In this document: positions 13,242-27,061 of the stretch, piece after piece
Layout of the letters: the number at the start of each line of letters is the position of its first letter
Numbering within the stretch: position 1 is the stretch's first letter
NCBI RefSeq assembly: GCF_001194135.2
Contig: NC_068981.1
Location: 94,950,586-95,014,585, forward strand
Length of the DNA stretch: 64,000 nucleotides
Origin: Octopus bimaculoides
Lineage: Eukaryota
Reading direction: 5' to 3'
Translations under genes and position numbers: made by a program
Notes under the pieces: model-generated
Databases searched by the model: none
Told to the model about the DNA's origin: nothing
Seen by the model: only the letters and a program-made list of their open reading frames with translations

Positions 13242-13340
13242 TTAAGCTTTGATAGAAAGTATTGGCTGTGGTTTTGCTGGGTATTTGAAAAATAATGCAA
13301 ACTGGAAAAGGCAGAGCAAAACACCACACATATTGGGCAT
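13242..13340 (-). CDS. SLC50A1: SWEET coding exon 6 (terminal)
   Basis: Acceptor ccttatctttcag|ATG; MPNMCGVLLCLFQFALFFKYPAKPQPILSIKA then TAA. Confidence 0.92.
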   Translation of the reverse strand: MPNMCGVLLCLFQFALFFKYPAKPQPILSIKA

Positions 13341-16300
13341 CTGAAAGATAAGGTATATTAGAGTTAATAGAACTAAGAAAAAAACCCCATTATAATACAA
13401 AATGCTTAAAGTTTTATACAAACTGAATTATTAAACTCAACTATTTGAAATGTTTTATTATCAAATATGTAACTCATTCTAAATAAATTCACTTAAAAGT
13501 AAATTGTATCTATATGTTGTTGTTTATGTTCAAAGGCACTCAAGTCATAACTGGGAATAGTGCACCTTGAACTCTATTATTTAATATGGTAGAATGGTTG
13601 GTATTTCTGGCAAGTGAAGAAACCTCATAGAAGTTTACCAATAAGCTCATAAAACAATAATACGGAGATACAATTACTAAGCACATTAAAGAAACAGTTG
13701 TGCACTACACTATCTACACATGAACAATATACAACTAAAGCCCTTAAAGTCATTACAAAGGCTTAAGTATCATGATCTCTAGTGATCTTTTAAGGTAAGC
13801 TCACATATATAACATTGCCAAAGAATCAATGCTATATATGTGTATATATAACGTATCTCAAAAATTGGGGGTGCTACAAAAAATAAAAACTTCAGCCCCG
13901 ATCAATTTCTGATCCTGTTAAGTTGAAGTAAGTACAACCCATGTTGGTGAACTGCTTATACTTTGAGACAATCGTATTGTGACACACACATAAACCCTAA
14001 ACCCTGTACTGCATCCCAAAAAAGGCTGTTCAGTTTATTGTGAAAAAGCTTAGTCAACAACATGCTAGAACTATTGGCTCACAAATGCACTATATCTTCT
14101 TTTCCTATAACTTCCTATAGCCTGCACTGTAGATTCTACTGAGACAATGATTTCTGTTACTCTGAACAAGTAATCTGTATACAACTTCCACCCAAAACCT
14201 GACACACAACTGTGTTTCTTCTCTTTGCCATCCTTACTGTTTTTCTGTTCCTAGATTCTGCATTATTTTCCCAATAATTCTTTCCTAGAACAGAAACCCT
14301 CTGTAACTCACATTCTAGCCATTGATACCAACCTACAGAAATTGAAGTATCACAGATGCTTCTCTACCTCTAACCAACTAATAAAAAACATGACAATAGT
14401 GGTTGTAACCTCAAGTTAGTATTGCAAGTAGAACAAACTTTCGAACATCCCAGAACCATACTTGTCTCATCTAATTTAATTCTTTAAAATTTTCATGACT
14501 TAGCTAGCAAAATATTTTGCTATCCTTTGTTTTAAATACAGAATTTTCACATAAAAAAAATTCTTTTATCTTAGTTTTCTAATTCTTACATATTTGGGTA
14601 GTTTGGAACATGACATACCATTGGATTCTTTTTCAAGAAAACTCTCAGTTATGAACTGGTCATGCTACCTCCTTTCCATTATGTAGACTGATACAAACAG
14701 AATAATGTATCTTACTCAAAGCTAGGTTAATTATTTTTGAGTAAGCAGACATCCAATCAACCATGTTTAATGAATATAAAACTTTTACTAATAAACTAGT
14801 CCGTTAGAAAATCTGTTTGAGATAGAAGCAGTATACGAACCAAAAAATATTGCTTTTGGCCACTTTAACCCCAGGAAGACCTCCTCCAGCAGGTTTATTC
14901 AGTGTGTTTCTCACATCCAATATTTATTGCAAGCAGGAGATAACTCCTGCCACCCTAACTTCAAGACCACCAGGCAACATGGTTTTGATTTGTATTGGAT
15001 CTCCTTGGTGGTGGATACTCATTGCCAAGCATGGCAGAAGTTTACCTTGTTTGCAATATAGAGAAAACAGTGTCATACAATCACTGGTTTTGTAACTAGG
15101 AAACTAGTCTGTTAGAAAATCTGTTTGAGATAGAAGCAGTGTATGAACTAAAAAGTATTGCTTATAATCACTTTAATGTGACTGTCCTCTAAAACATGAT
15201 GATACTGCCATTTAACCCCAAGGAGACATCTCCAGCAGCTGGTAATAAACCAGCCGGAGGAGAAGCAATAACGTTTGGTTCATATACTGCTTCTATCTCG
15301 AAGAGAATTTTTAACAGTCTAGTTTCCAAGTTACAAAATCAGTGATTGTATGACACTGTGTTTTCTATATATTGCAAGCGAAGTAAACTGCTGCCATACT
15401 TGGCAACAAGTACCCACCACCAAAGAGATCCAATGCAGATCAAAACCACATGATCTGGTGGTCTTGAAGTTAGGGTGGCAGGAGTTATCTCCCGCTACAA
15501 ATAAATACTGGGTGCAACAACCACATTGAAGTGGCCAGCCATAAGCAATACTTTTACTATTATTTTAGTAAAAAGACATTTGTGCACATATTGACACAGA
15601 TATCCTTTCTTTTATAGAACATATTTTATTATTTGGAGTAAACTCTAAATATCCTTACTCATTTCAGGTAAAAAAAAAGAAAATCAACATTTTGACATAT
15701 TTTTTTCCAGCCACATGGGAAATGAGATACAATTACATTAACTAAACAAAAATACTGACCTGCATATAAAAGTCTTTTAACAAAGCCCCATAGAAAAACC
15801 ATTCAAGAGCAACCACAAAATTGGCAGTAGCTAATGGAAAAGACATACATTCAGTGCTTTTGGTTCTAACCACGTGGAACTGGAAAATAATTAAAAAATT
15901 TTCTATAAAGTCACAACATATTTTCATACATCAAAAAATGTTAGTTCATAGCAACTCTGTTAATGATAAAGCCTATTGTCTCTGTCTGTCTCTTTGACAG
16001 ACAGACACACACACACACAATTTCATCAAAAAAACTTTAGAGTTGTTTGGTAGTTAGGCAAAGTCAGTAATTAATAGGGTTTTTTTTTCTGTAATGCACC
16101 GTTTTTGCATATTACAAGGGGAACACAAATCAAAAGGGTTCCCAATATGAATCAAACTTATTCTCAAACTGATTAATTATCTTTGACTAGTTAACTTCCT
16201 TTGATAATTAATTCCTGCTTGTGTAGAACCTATTTTAGAAAACATTAACTAGCATCATTTCAGTTTATGTAAACAACCTCAATTGATGAACAATTGACGA

Positions 16301-19300
16301 CTGAATTCTAAGTTGAGATCTTCATTTGAAATTTAGTGTTCTTGTTAGTACCATCCTTTTTTGGAAAGTATATAAATGAAGACAATCAAACATTTTGACT
16401 GGCCTTGTATCTCAAGGGTATGCCCAGACATCTCAGCATTTTTTCCTTTCCAGCTCGGGTAGCCATGTATCTCTTCTACAACAAAACACTTGCTCCTAAC
16501 CCCCTTTCAAATTTAGCCTCTCAACAATCAGCATAAAGCCACATCAATTGAGAGAGCTTGTTTTGTGAGTTATTTGGTGACCTCACTAGTGCTAGTGCCA
16601 TATAAACCATGCCAAAGTAGACACTAGAACTCAGTGCAGTCCTTTGGGCTGTCATATCTTGTCAAACAATCCACTCCATGCCAGAATGGAAGGTAAATGT
16701 TAAATGATGTGTGTGTGTGTGTGAGTGCATTCATATGGATATTATTTCCATATCCAAATAATAGTAATTGTAAAGAATAAAAAGTTTTAAATGGTACAAC
16801 AATGCACTATAATACAAAAAATGGACTATACACCTGTTGTAATTTAGTTATCTATAGTCCGATGATATTTCGGAATACAATTCCTTCTTCAGATATTCTT
16901 AGATGGAGTTGCTGCTATAATCTGTTTTCCAACGGCTTTTCTTTTTTTTGGAAACGTCTCAGCAGTGGTCTCACGAAGCTCATTCCGTGTGTGTTGGTAC
17001 ATCTGTAGCGCTGCTTCTAAGTTATGTATTATGTTTTTTTTTTTCCCTTTTTTTTTGCCTCTTCTCTTTTTTTTTGTTATAAACAATAGATGAGCATATC
17101 AAAAATGAATCTACATGCATCCAGATGTAGCGAAATAATATATTGATTACCAACCTCCAGCCTGTTGCTAATTTGGGGTCCTAGTCTGTGTATGAGTATA
17201 GCTTCCTTAATTCTTAAATTACCCACATTTCTTTCACTGGCCTCAATTGTGACTGTTATGCTTTTGTCAGTGTTCTGGCATCTGTCTAGATGTTTTCTGA
17301 AGGAGGAGGCTCTCCTGTTCAGCTGTTCTTTGATGCGGACGTGTAACGGTCTTGTTGTGCTACCCACACAGAACTTGTTGCATTTGTTACATTCTATTCT
17401 ATACACAACATTTACTCGTTGGCATAAATCTGTGTCACGGATGGGACAATTTGTTAGTGTGCATTGATTGTTGTCCCTTGTTCATTTCTTTGTGAGGTGT
17501 TCTCTCAGAGAGGGGCCAGAGTGGGCTAGTTGTATGTCTAGCCCTTCTCTTATCATGGCTCTTCGGGTGGCTGTAGTTATCCTCTCGCTAAAATGGGGTA
17601 TTTTAAGGAAGCAGGTGTTGCTGGGTTTTCTATGTGTTTGGCGTGTTGGTCGTCTTGGGTACTTAAGCCGAATTAAGGAAGCTATACTCATACACAATTG
17701 AGGCCAATGAAAGAAATTTGGGTAATTTAAGAATTAAGGAAGCTATACTCATACACAGACTAGGATCCCAAATTAACAACAGGCTGGAGGTTGGTAATCA
17801 ATATATTATTTAGCTACATCTGGATGCATGTAAGTTCATTTTTGATATGTTCATCTATTGTTTATAACAAAAAAAAAGGAAGCTGCATGTATAATACATA
17901 ACTTAGAAGCAGCGCTACAGATGTACCAACACATACGAGATTGAGACATAGCCAACCTCACGCACTTCTCATGAGGAATTCTGGAAGGAGCTTCGTGAAA
18001 CCACTGCTGAGACGCTTCCGAAAAAAAGAAAAGCCATTGGAAAACAGATTATAGCAGTGACTCCATCTAAGAATATCTGAAGAAGGAATTGTATTCCAAA
18101 ATATCATCAGACTATGGATAACTAAATTACAACAGGTATATAGTCTATTTTTTGTATTATAGTGCATTGTTGTACCATTCAAAACTTTTTATTCTTTACA
18201 AACAATACACAATGCTTCAAGCAAACTACAATACTCTCCAATAGTAATTGTAATTAAAAACTGGTTAACTAAGGGAAATCAAAATAACACTGAATAAATA
18301 CTTACCACAGAAGCAAGAGGTGAACCATAAGAGAAAATACTAATAATACAACATAAGCGTCCGAGAAAGTCAATAGCACTGGATTCATCAGGTAGGTAGA
18401 ATCTAATGTAGCTTAAAGGTAAAAGCAGGAACACTATACCAAAAAATAACAATCGATTTAGATGTCCCTGAAAACAGGAAAAGGAATATAATAATAGGCA
18501 AATATTTAATACCGTTATATCTTATAGGTGAACATTTTTCAAAACAAAAATATGATTAATAAGAATGGCTTCTGCATAGTTATAAAATAAAAACCTTAGA
18601 TCAGCTATTGAAATGTTTTACAGATAGGGAATTGGAATGTTAATATACCTAAACTTTAGGGTGGCAAACTGGTAGAATCATTAGCATACTGGGCAAAATG
18701 CTTCGTGGCATTTCGTCTGTCTTTACATTTTGAGTTCAAATTCTGCCAAGGTTGAGTTTGCTTTTTATCCTTTCCGGGACAATAAAATAAGTTACCAGTA
18801 GATCAGTGGGGGCTGATGTAACTGACTAACCCACTCCCTCAAACTTGCTGGCCTTGTGTTGAAATTTGAAATCGATATATCCCAGCCTTTCCTGAAGACC
18901 ATTTTTGCCAACTGAAGATTCAGCTTGTTGATAACTTACCACCGCATATGATACCTTCAACAGACAGGTTAATTAATATCAAAATAAATACATTGTGAAA
19001 TATAAAATATTATGACAAGAAAAATTTTTATCAAATATTTCTTAATAACCCACAACATTTTTGTCAGTACAAAAAATATAAAAGCAATCCAATTCTCACA
19101 TTTTGGTTTCAAATTTTGGCACAAGGCCAACAAGTTTGGGCGATAGGTTAATTCAATTCCTCAACTGGTACTTATTTTATTGACCCTGAAAGGATGAAAG
19201 GCAAAGTTGAGCTTGGCGAAATTTGAACTCAGAATGTAAGGACAGGCGAAATGTCGCTAAGCATTTTGCCCACTGTGCAAACGATTCTGCCAGCTAGTTG

Positions 19301-22300
19301 CCTTCCAATTCTCATATATCAACAAATTAAAACAGTTAATTCTGCTTTCTAGAGATTTAAAGTAAGTAGGCGGCACGTAAAAAGCACCATTTGAGCATGA
19401 TCGTTACCAGCGTTGCCTTACTGGCTCTTGTGCCAGTGGCATGTGAAAAAACATTTGAGCAAGGTCGTTGCCAGTGCCACTGGACTGGCTCCTGTGCAGG
19501 TGGCATGTAAAAAACACCATTTGAGTGTGGCCATTGCTAGTACCGCCTGACTGGCCCTCATGCCAGTGGCACATAAAAGCACCTACTACACTCTGAGTGG
19601 CTGGTGTTAGGAAGGGCATCCAGCTGTAGAAACTCTGCTAGATCAGATTGGAGCCTGGTGCAGCCATCTGGTTCGCCAGTCCTCAGTCAAATCATCCAAC
19701 CCATGCTAGCATGGAAAGCAGACGTTAAACGATGATGATGAAAGTGTTCTAATTATTAAGGTACTGGCCCAATAGTTAAAGTGTGGGGCTCACAATCATG
19801 AGGTAGTGAGTTTGATTCCCAAACTGGGCTGTGTGTTGTGTTCTTGAGCAAGACACTTTATTTCATGTTGCTCCAGTTCATTCAGCTCTAGAAATGAGTT
19901 GCAATGTCACTAGCGCCAAGCTGTATCGGCCTTTGCCTTTCCCTTGGATAACATCAGCAGCATGGAGAAAGGAGACTTGTATGCATGGGCAACTGCTGGT
20001 CTTCCATAAACAACCATTTCCCAAACTTGTGCCTTGGAGGTAACTTTCTAGATGCAATCCCATGGTCATTCATGACCGAAGGGGGTCTTTGCTCTTTACT
20101 AATTATGAATGAAAAGTTCATGTTTGGACAATGGCATTGTTGGTATTCTACTGAGTACATTAGCTTCATTAAATGAGACAATTAGTGAAGAAAAGATAGT
20201 CACTACTTTTTCACAGTTGAGCAAATGATATTAGAAGGGGTATTCAACAGTAAAACACTTGGTCAAATAAATTCATGCAAACATTTAAATTTGTACAATC
20301 ACATGCTATATGATCAGCAAAAACAAAAACATTACAAATAATAATCATAAAAAAACTCATTCTATATATTTAATAACAATATTTCTAGTTGAGTTATTTT
20401 TATATACCTATGATAACTGAAACTATAGTTATAATGTATATCATTCACTTGTAGATGCATTTTACACTATATACTTCACTAACTTCAGTTTCATAATATC
20501 CTCAGACCTGGTCAGCTCACACATGTCATTCATCCATATATATTGTTCTCATGATTCACCAGATCAGAACATATCAAAGATGTTTGAAAACAAATGGAAA
20601 GTAAAATTGTTAATTTTCAGTTGCTACAACTTCTCATAGTAATCTGCTTACGAATAAAGTGTTTGAGTCTTCCTTAGCATCATAACTTATATCTCATGAC
20701 CAATGTAAGTAAACTACCCACTTAAGCACTGATTAAATATTCTCCAAGAGGAATGAAATTTAGAAGAATCTAAGGGGATGTTGTAACCAGAGAAAAAAAA
20801 AATGAATAAGAATAGAATTATCATTTAACATCATTTAATGCAAGTTGTGATGTAATAGGTCTCTCAACCATCATGTTCCATCTGTTGCCTTCTTCAATAC
20901 CCTCTCAATTATTACTCATCTTGGCCTTGTCAACTCCTGTCAAAGTGTCCAACACATGCTAGCATGGAAAACTGACATATAATGATGATGAAGAAGAATA
21001 CTAAGTCTTGCTAACATATATATCACTACCTTACTTAGATTCTGTCTTGCTACATGGCATGGAATTTTGTTTATCACTGCTACTGTTGGATTTAAGTACA
21101 AGTGGATAAGGTACAGCACATTACTTTTTGGAAAGAGACCATGAAGTGGAAGTGAAAGCAAAAGTGTGAAAAAGAGTCATAAAGGAACTATGTTCAATGT
21201 TTCACAAAGGTTTGAGGCAAGAGAAAAACTCAGCCATATTGGAGAAACATTAAAGCTTGCAACATTTGCATAGGCTGAAAAAAAAAACAAAACAAACATT
21301 ATGATAAAGATAAAATTATGTCACGTTCTCAAGTAGTAATTCTTTTAAAGACTTGGATTTTGATTTTTCATAGATTTAAAGTGATGTTTAAAATTGTAAG
21401 GATCTATTATTAGACTGGATGTGTTGCGTCAGTAAACATGATGATTAATCAAGTAAAAACAAGAAGATTGTATTTTGATTTGCAGGAAATGGAAGGTACA
21501 ACTTTATATGCCAAATAATTTCTGGCTAATAATTTTTGTTGCACTTCAAAACATAGGAGGAACCTTTTCAGTTAAAAAAAAAAAAAAAAAAAAAAAAGTT
21601 AATATTTTCAGAGGGAAAAATAAGTGATTTAAGGGAGATTTGGCTGTTGTTTCTAGCACAACAACCTGCCACATTTATATGCTAAAGAGAAGAAAATTAA
21701 AAAAATTATGAATTTTTGGCAACCCCACTCCCTGCCCCCAATTGTTAAAATATTGGAGAGCCTGAGAAGGTCATTGCTGGCATTTATCCACAGTGATTTA
21801 AAGAAAGAGTTAAATAAACGATAATTCATTTTAATAGCATACTTTTCAGTTAAAAAATGTTTTTTCTTATACACATACATGGCTTCACTTGATTGAGGTG
21901 GGGGTAAATATTTAGATTACAATTANNNNNNNNNNNNNNNNNNNNNNNNNNNNNNNNNNNNNNNNNNNNNNNNNNNNNNNNNNNNNNNNNNNNNNNNNNN
22001 NNNNNNNNNNNNNNNNNNNNNNNNNNNNNNNNNNNNNNNNNNNNNNNNNNNNNNNNNNNNNNNNNNNNNNNNNNNNNNNNNNNNNNNNNNNNNNNNNNNN
22101 NNNNNNNNNNNNNNNNNNNNNNNNNNNNNNNNNNNNNNNNNNNNNNNNNNNNNNNNNNNNNNNNNNNNNNNNNNNNNNNNNNNNNNNNNNNNNNNNNNNN
22201 NNNNNNNNNNNNNNNNNNNNNNNNNNNNNNNNNNNNNNNNNNNNNNNNNNNNNNNNNNNNNNNNNNNNNNNNNNNNNNNNNNNNNNNNNNNNNNNNNNNN

Positions 22301-25300
22301 NNNNNNNNNNNNNNNNNNNNNNNNNNNNNNNNNNNNNNNNNNNNNNNNNNNNNNNNNNNNNNNNNNNNNNNNNNNNNNNNNNNNNNNNNNNNNNNNNNNN
22401 NNNNNNNNNNNNNNNNNNNNNNNNNNNNNNNNNNNNNNNNNNNNNNNNNNNNNNNNNNNNNNNNNNNNNNNNNNNNNNNNNNNNNNNNNNNNNNNNNNNN
22501 NNNNNNNNNNNNNNNNNNNNNNNNNNNNNNNNNNNNNNNNNNNNNNNNNNNNNNNNNNNNNNNNNNNNNNNNNNNNNNNNNNNNNNNNNNNNNNNNNNNN
22601 NNNNNNNNNNNNNNNNNNNNNNNNNNNNNNNNNNNNNNNNNNNNNNNNNNNNNNNNNNNNNNNNNNNNNNNNNNNNNNNNNNNNNNNNNNNNNNNNNNNN
22701 NNNNNNNNNNNNNNNNNNNNNNNNNNNNNNNNNNNNNNNNNNNNNNNNNNNNNNNNNNNNNNNNNNNNNNNNNNNNNNNNNNNNNNNNNNNNNNNNNNNN
22801 NNNNNNNNNNNNNNNNNNNNNNNNNNNNNNNNNNNNNNNNNNNNNNNNNNNNNNNNNNNNNNNNNNNNNNNNNNNNNNNNNNNNNNNNNNNNNNNCCCAC
22901 TACTAACTTGGTCGCCCAGATAGCGGAAGCTATCGACTACCTCTAGTTTTTCAATTAAAAAAATGTTCATTTTATCAAAAATATTCATTTAACAAACTCA
23001 GGAAACTGATAATATTCTTGAAATTGTGCCTCGAATGAAAGTTATTAATAAATTATTATTAATGAAAATAGAGGTGAAAGAGAGTGAGAGACTGTTGCAA
23101 ATGAAAACAGAAAATGCCGCCTACAACAAATTAATATTGTTTATTATTAAACATTAAAATCTACTCTGCAGTGAATATTTAAATTTGTAAAACATTGGAC
23201 GCAGTGAATGCAACAAATATTTAAATTTGCGAAAAATTGGAGTTAAAAAATTCAATAAACTTTAGAAATCAAAATTATAGGACATTTCTTAGAATATGAA
23301 TTCATAAAAATATATCCAAACGGTCAAGCCTTTAATAATTGCTTTCTTTTAGTACTTTTAGTAACTGTTACATATCTAATTAATTACAAAGAATATGGTT
23401 AAAATTTTAGAACTTATAGAAGGAGTTCCACTAGTTCTAAATGTGCTGATATGTTCCATTTGTTGGTGCTCAGGATTTTACAAAATTTTTTGATTTCAAT
23501 AAATATTTTACAACAGTAGATAACAATATAGTGTAGATGAAATACTTTTCCCTTTAGAAGAATAACTGAATATTTCTCAGCAGGTACTAAACCAATAAAA
23601 ATCAGCAATAAGCTATATAAGCATTAAGTACATACCCGCTGAAGGCTGTATGTATAATAAATACACATGTACATGCCTTGTAATAAGGCTGCAACTGAGT
23701 TGACAAATACAACGGTAAATACTCTTCGGAGAAGTCCATACTTCAGCCACAAACAGGCACTGCAACAAGGAAAATGTTAAACATACTTTACTAAGAAAAT
23801 AGAAAAAATACCATAAAACCATATTATAAGTTCTTGTGACTGATATATGATACATCATATATATATATAACATAACATTTTTCAATTAGTTAATATGAAA
23901 TAAGTCATGTAAGTGGCAAACTATTATTAGTATGTTAACAAAGAAAACATGAAAGATGAAAATGCACATAAAAATAATCAACGAATTTTTAAGTTTTGGT
24001 CTCTTTTTTTCTTTCCTTTTCAATATTTAATTTGTGGTAAGCACAAAGCAAATTTTTACAATAGGAAAAGTATGGTAAATTTAATTAATTCCAGGTCCCT
24101 ATAAGTATTTATTTCATTAACCAAGACACCTACAAATAACGTTAACTATGGCAGAGTTCAAATTCAGAACAGAGGGCCTTCAAAAGCAATATACTTTGTC
24201 ATTTTTGTTCAATTGTCTGTGACAATGGATTGAAATTACATACTGTTTTAAGTATAGTAAGTTTTTTTAGTCCATTGTTGCAGAAAACTCACTTTTCAAC
24301 ATTTTTAATAGGTTAACAGAACAGCTGTGGTTTTTCAACTATTTTCAAAAATAAGTAAATAAATTCTGTAATATGCCTTACTAGTTCAAATTATATCTTC
24401 ACACACGAGAGAAAGATTTTATGATAAAAGTATTGGTATTTTCTATTTATATTGCAACCTAATGTATTATGCACAAACAACTACTAACCTTTTGTTTTGT
24501 AGATTAGTCTATACTCAACAATATCTAACTACTGGAGTACCATCAATTTGAATCTTCTCTTGACTTATATTAATGATGCAATGGCTTTTGTTCTTCTCAA
24601 CTCAACAACTCTATGTTAAACCTACCAGAGTTACTAGATACATACACTTCACCACCTTTAGATATGCATACTGTGTATTACCTTCTTTGCCTTCTATTCT
24701 CATGTTTTCGACAGCCAACTATGGGGATAAAGTCATAAAACTATTCTTAACAGAATGCTTACTTCCCAGAAAATTTGCCTTAACGTTTCTCTTGCACCTC
24801 TCACTCAAAACTATTTTTCATTCATTAACTATATAAAAACCTCTTATTTTACTAATGTAGGTACTTATCAATTGAACATTTTCACTTGAATTCCAACATA
24901 TTTTCTCTCTCATATGTAGTTCTTCTCACAGTGCAAAAAATATTAACAGATTTCTTAAAATTTTTATCTACCTATGAAAAATATTCAACAACTAACCAAT
25001 ACATTGAACTGTAGCTTTCCTTCAGGCAAGATTTTCTAAATAAATCTTTCAGATATTTCATAATTGAAAACAGAAGCAATAATAACTAACATCTCCCTTA
25101 AATTTAGTTTTTAACTGATAAAAACCTTAGAGAGCAATTGGTCATATCATTAACATACCTTCCAGATGAATTCTTATATACCTTTTGCAACATTTATTTA
25201 AATTTCCATTTCCAGATGAAATGCATCTTAATTATTCTTCTACTGTTTATTTTTTTTTTTTATTGTAAATATTTCCATTTCATAAAATAAAATTACTTTT

Positions 25301-26310
25301 TTATCTTTTCTTTCTCAGAACTGCAATTTTTTAAGATTACTAATATTTTCTAAGCATTAACCATAGCACACAAGACCCCCTCCAATTATTGCTATCCATA
25401 TATAAGAAAGAAAACAATGATGACTTTTCTCATTACCCTAATAAATACAAAATGAAGTTATCTAAAAACAGTATCTTGGAACATAAGTATATTATATTTC
25501 ATGAGTAGACACACCCAGGAGCACTTTTCTACTATGAGAATCACTGTAGAGAGAAATCTTACTGAAACAATTCAACACTTAGCTTACCATTATGTGCACC
25601 TACAGTCATGAAAAAAACAAAAACAAAAGACTTAACCATACTCATGTACTAAAGCTGGTAAATTTTACATCCAACAGAATATTATTTTGATCAAGATACA
25701 CTATGAGAGCTTTGGCATGTTGTAAAATATCAACTCTATAAAAAAAGGCTGACAACTGTCGCAGCTGTAATCACGCTCTGATATTCTTTTAACATCTAGA
25801 GATTCCACCAAGTCTATCTTTTGTCTTTAAACTAATATAGAGTATTGATGATAGTTTATATTATATCACCAGAAGAAAAATGAATTCTTAACTTTGGCTT
25901 GTTCACAGCACATAGTTATCAGATAGTACCAAAAGAAATGGAACTCACTATTGCAAACAGCAAATACATTAAAGTATCTGATGAATATTTGCTTTGTTCA
26001 GAGTTGCAATACTTGGTGCAGTTTTTCCAAAGGCAACATATATTGAAGAAATAATCCAAGAAGCAAATACTACTACTAATAATAACAGCAACTACAAAAC
26101 TAGTAATAATAATAGTTCCTAATTTTGGCACAAAGCCAGCAATTCAAAGGGGAGGGGATTAGTGGATTCCAACAACCCAGTACTTGACTATTACTTTATT
26201 TATTGGCCCTGGGAGGATAAAAAGTGATATTGACTTTAGTATGAGTTGAACTCAGAGATACTGCAAAGCATTTTATCTGATGCTCTAATGAACCTGCTAT
26301 TCCACACCCC

Positions 26311-26341
<31 letters not shown>

Positions 26342-26998
26342 TAACAATAATAATAATAATAATAATAATACTGATTTCTGATCTAGGTACAAGGCCAGCA
26401 ATTTTGAGGAGAGGTGAGAGTTAGCTGATTACATGACCTTTATACATGACTAGTACGTTATTTTATCAATCCCTAAAAGGCTGAATCACAAAGTAAATCT
26501 CAATGGAATTTGAACTCAAAATGTAAATAACTAGAAGAAATACCACAAGGCATTTTTGTGACACACTAATGATTCTGCCAACCCACCATCATTATAATTA
26601 TTTCTAATTTAGGTACAAGGCTAGCAGTTTTTTAGGAAGAGAGGTTTATTGATATCTTTGACCCCAAAACTTAACTAGAATTTTCTCATATTGGTCCTGA
26701 ATACATGAACAATAAAGTTAACATTGGCAGGATTTGAACACTGAATGCAAAGAGCCAGAACAAACACTGCAGGGCATTTATCTTGGCATTCTAATGATCC
26801 TGTCATTTCACTGCCCTAAATAATATTACTCTATAAATGTGAAAAATGGCAAGTGACAAAAATGGAAGAAGAAACAATGGACAGCTTCTGATTCATATGC
26901 TTAAGGAGAATACTTGACATCAAGTGGCTGCAAAGAGTCCGAAAGATCACCCAGTATCCAACATTTGCTCACCTTCCTTTGAGTCAACACTCACTCCC

Positions 26999-27061
<63 letters not shown>

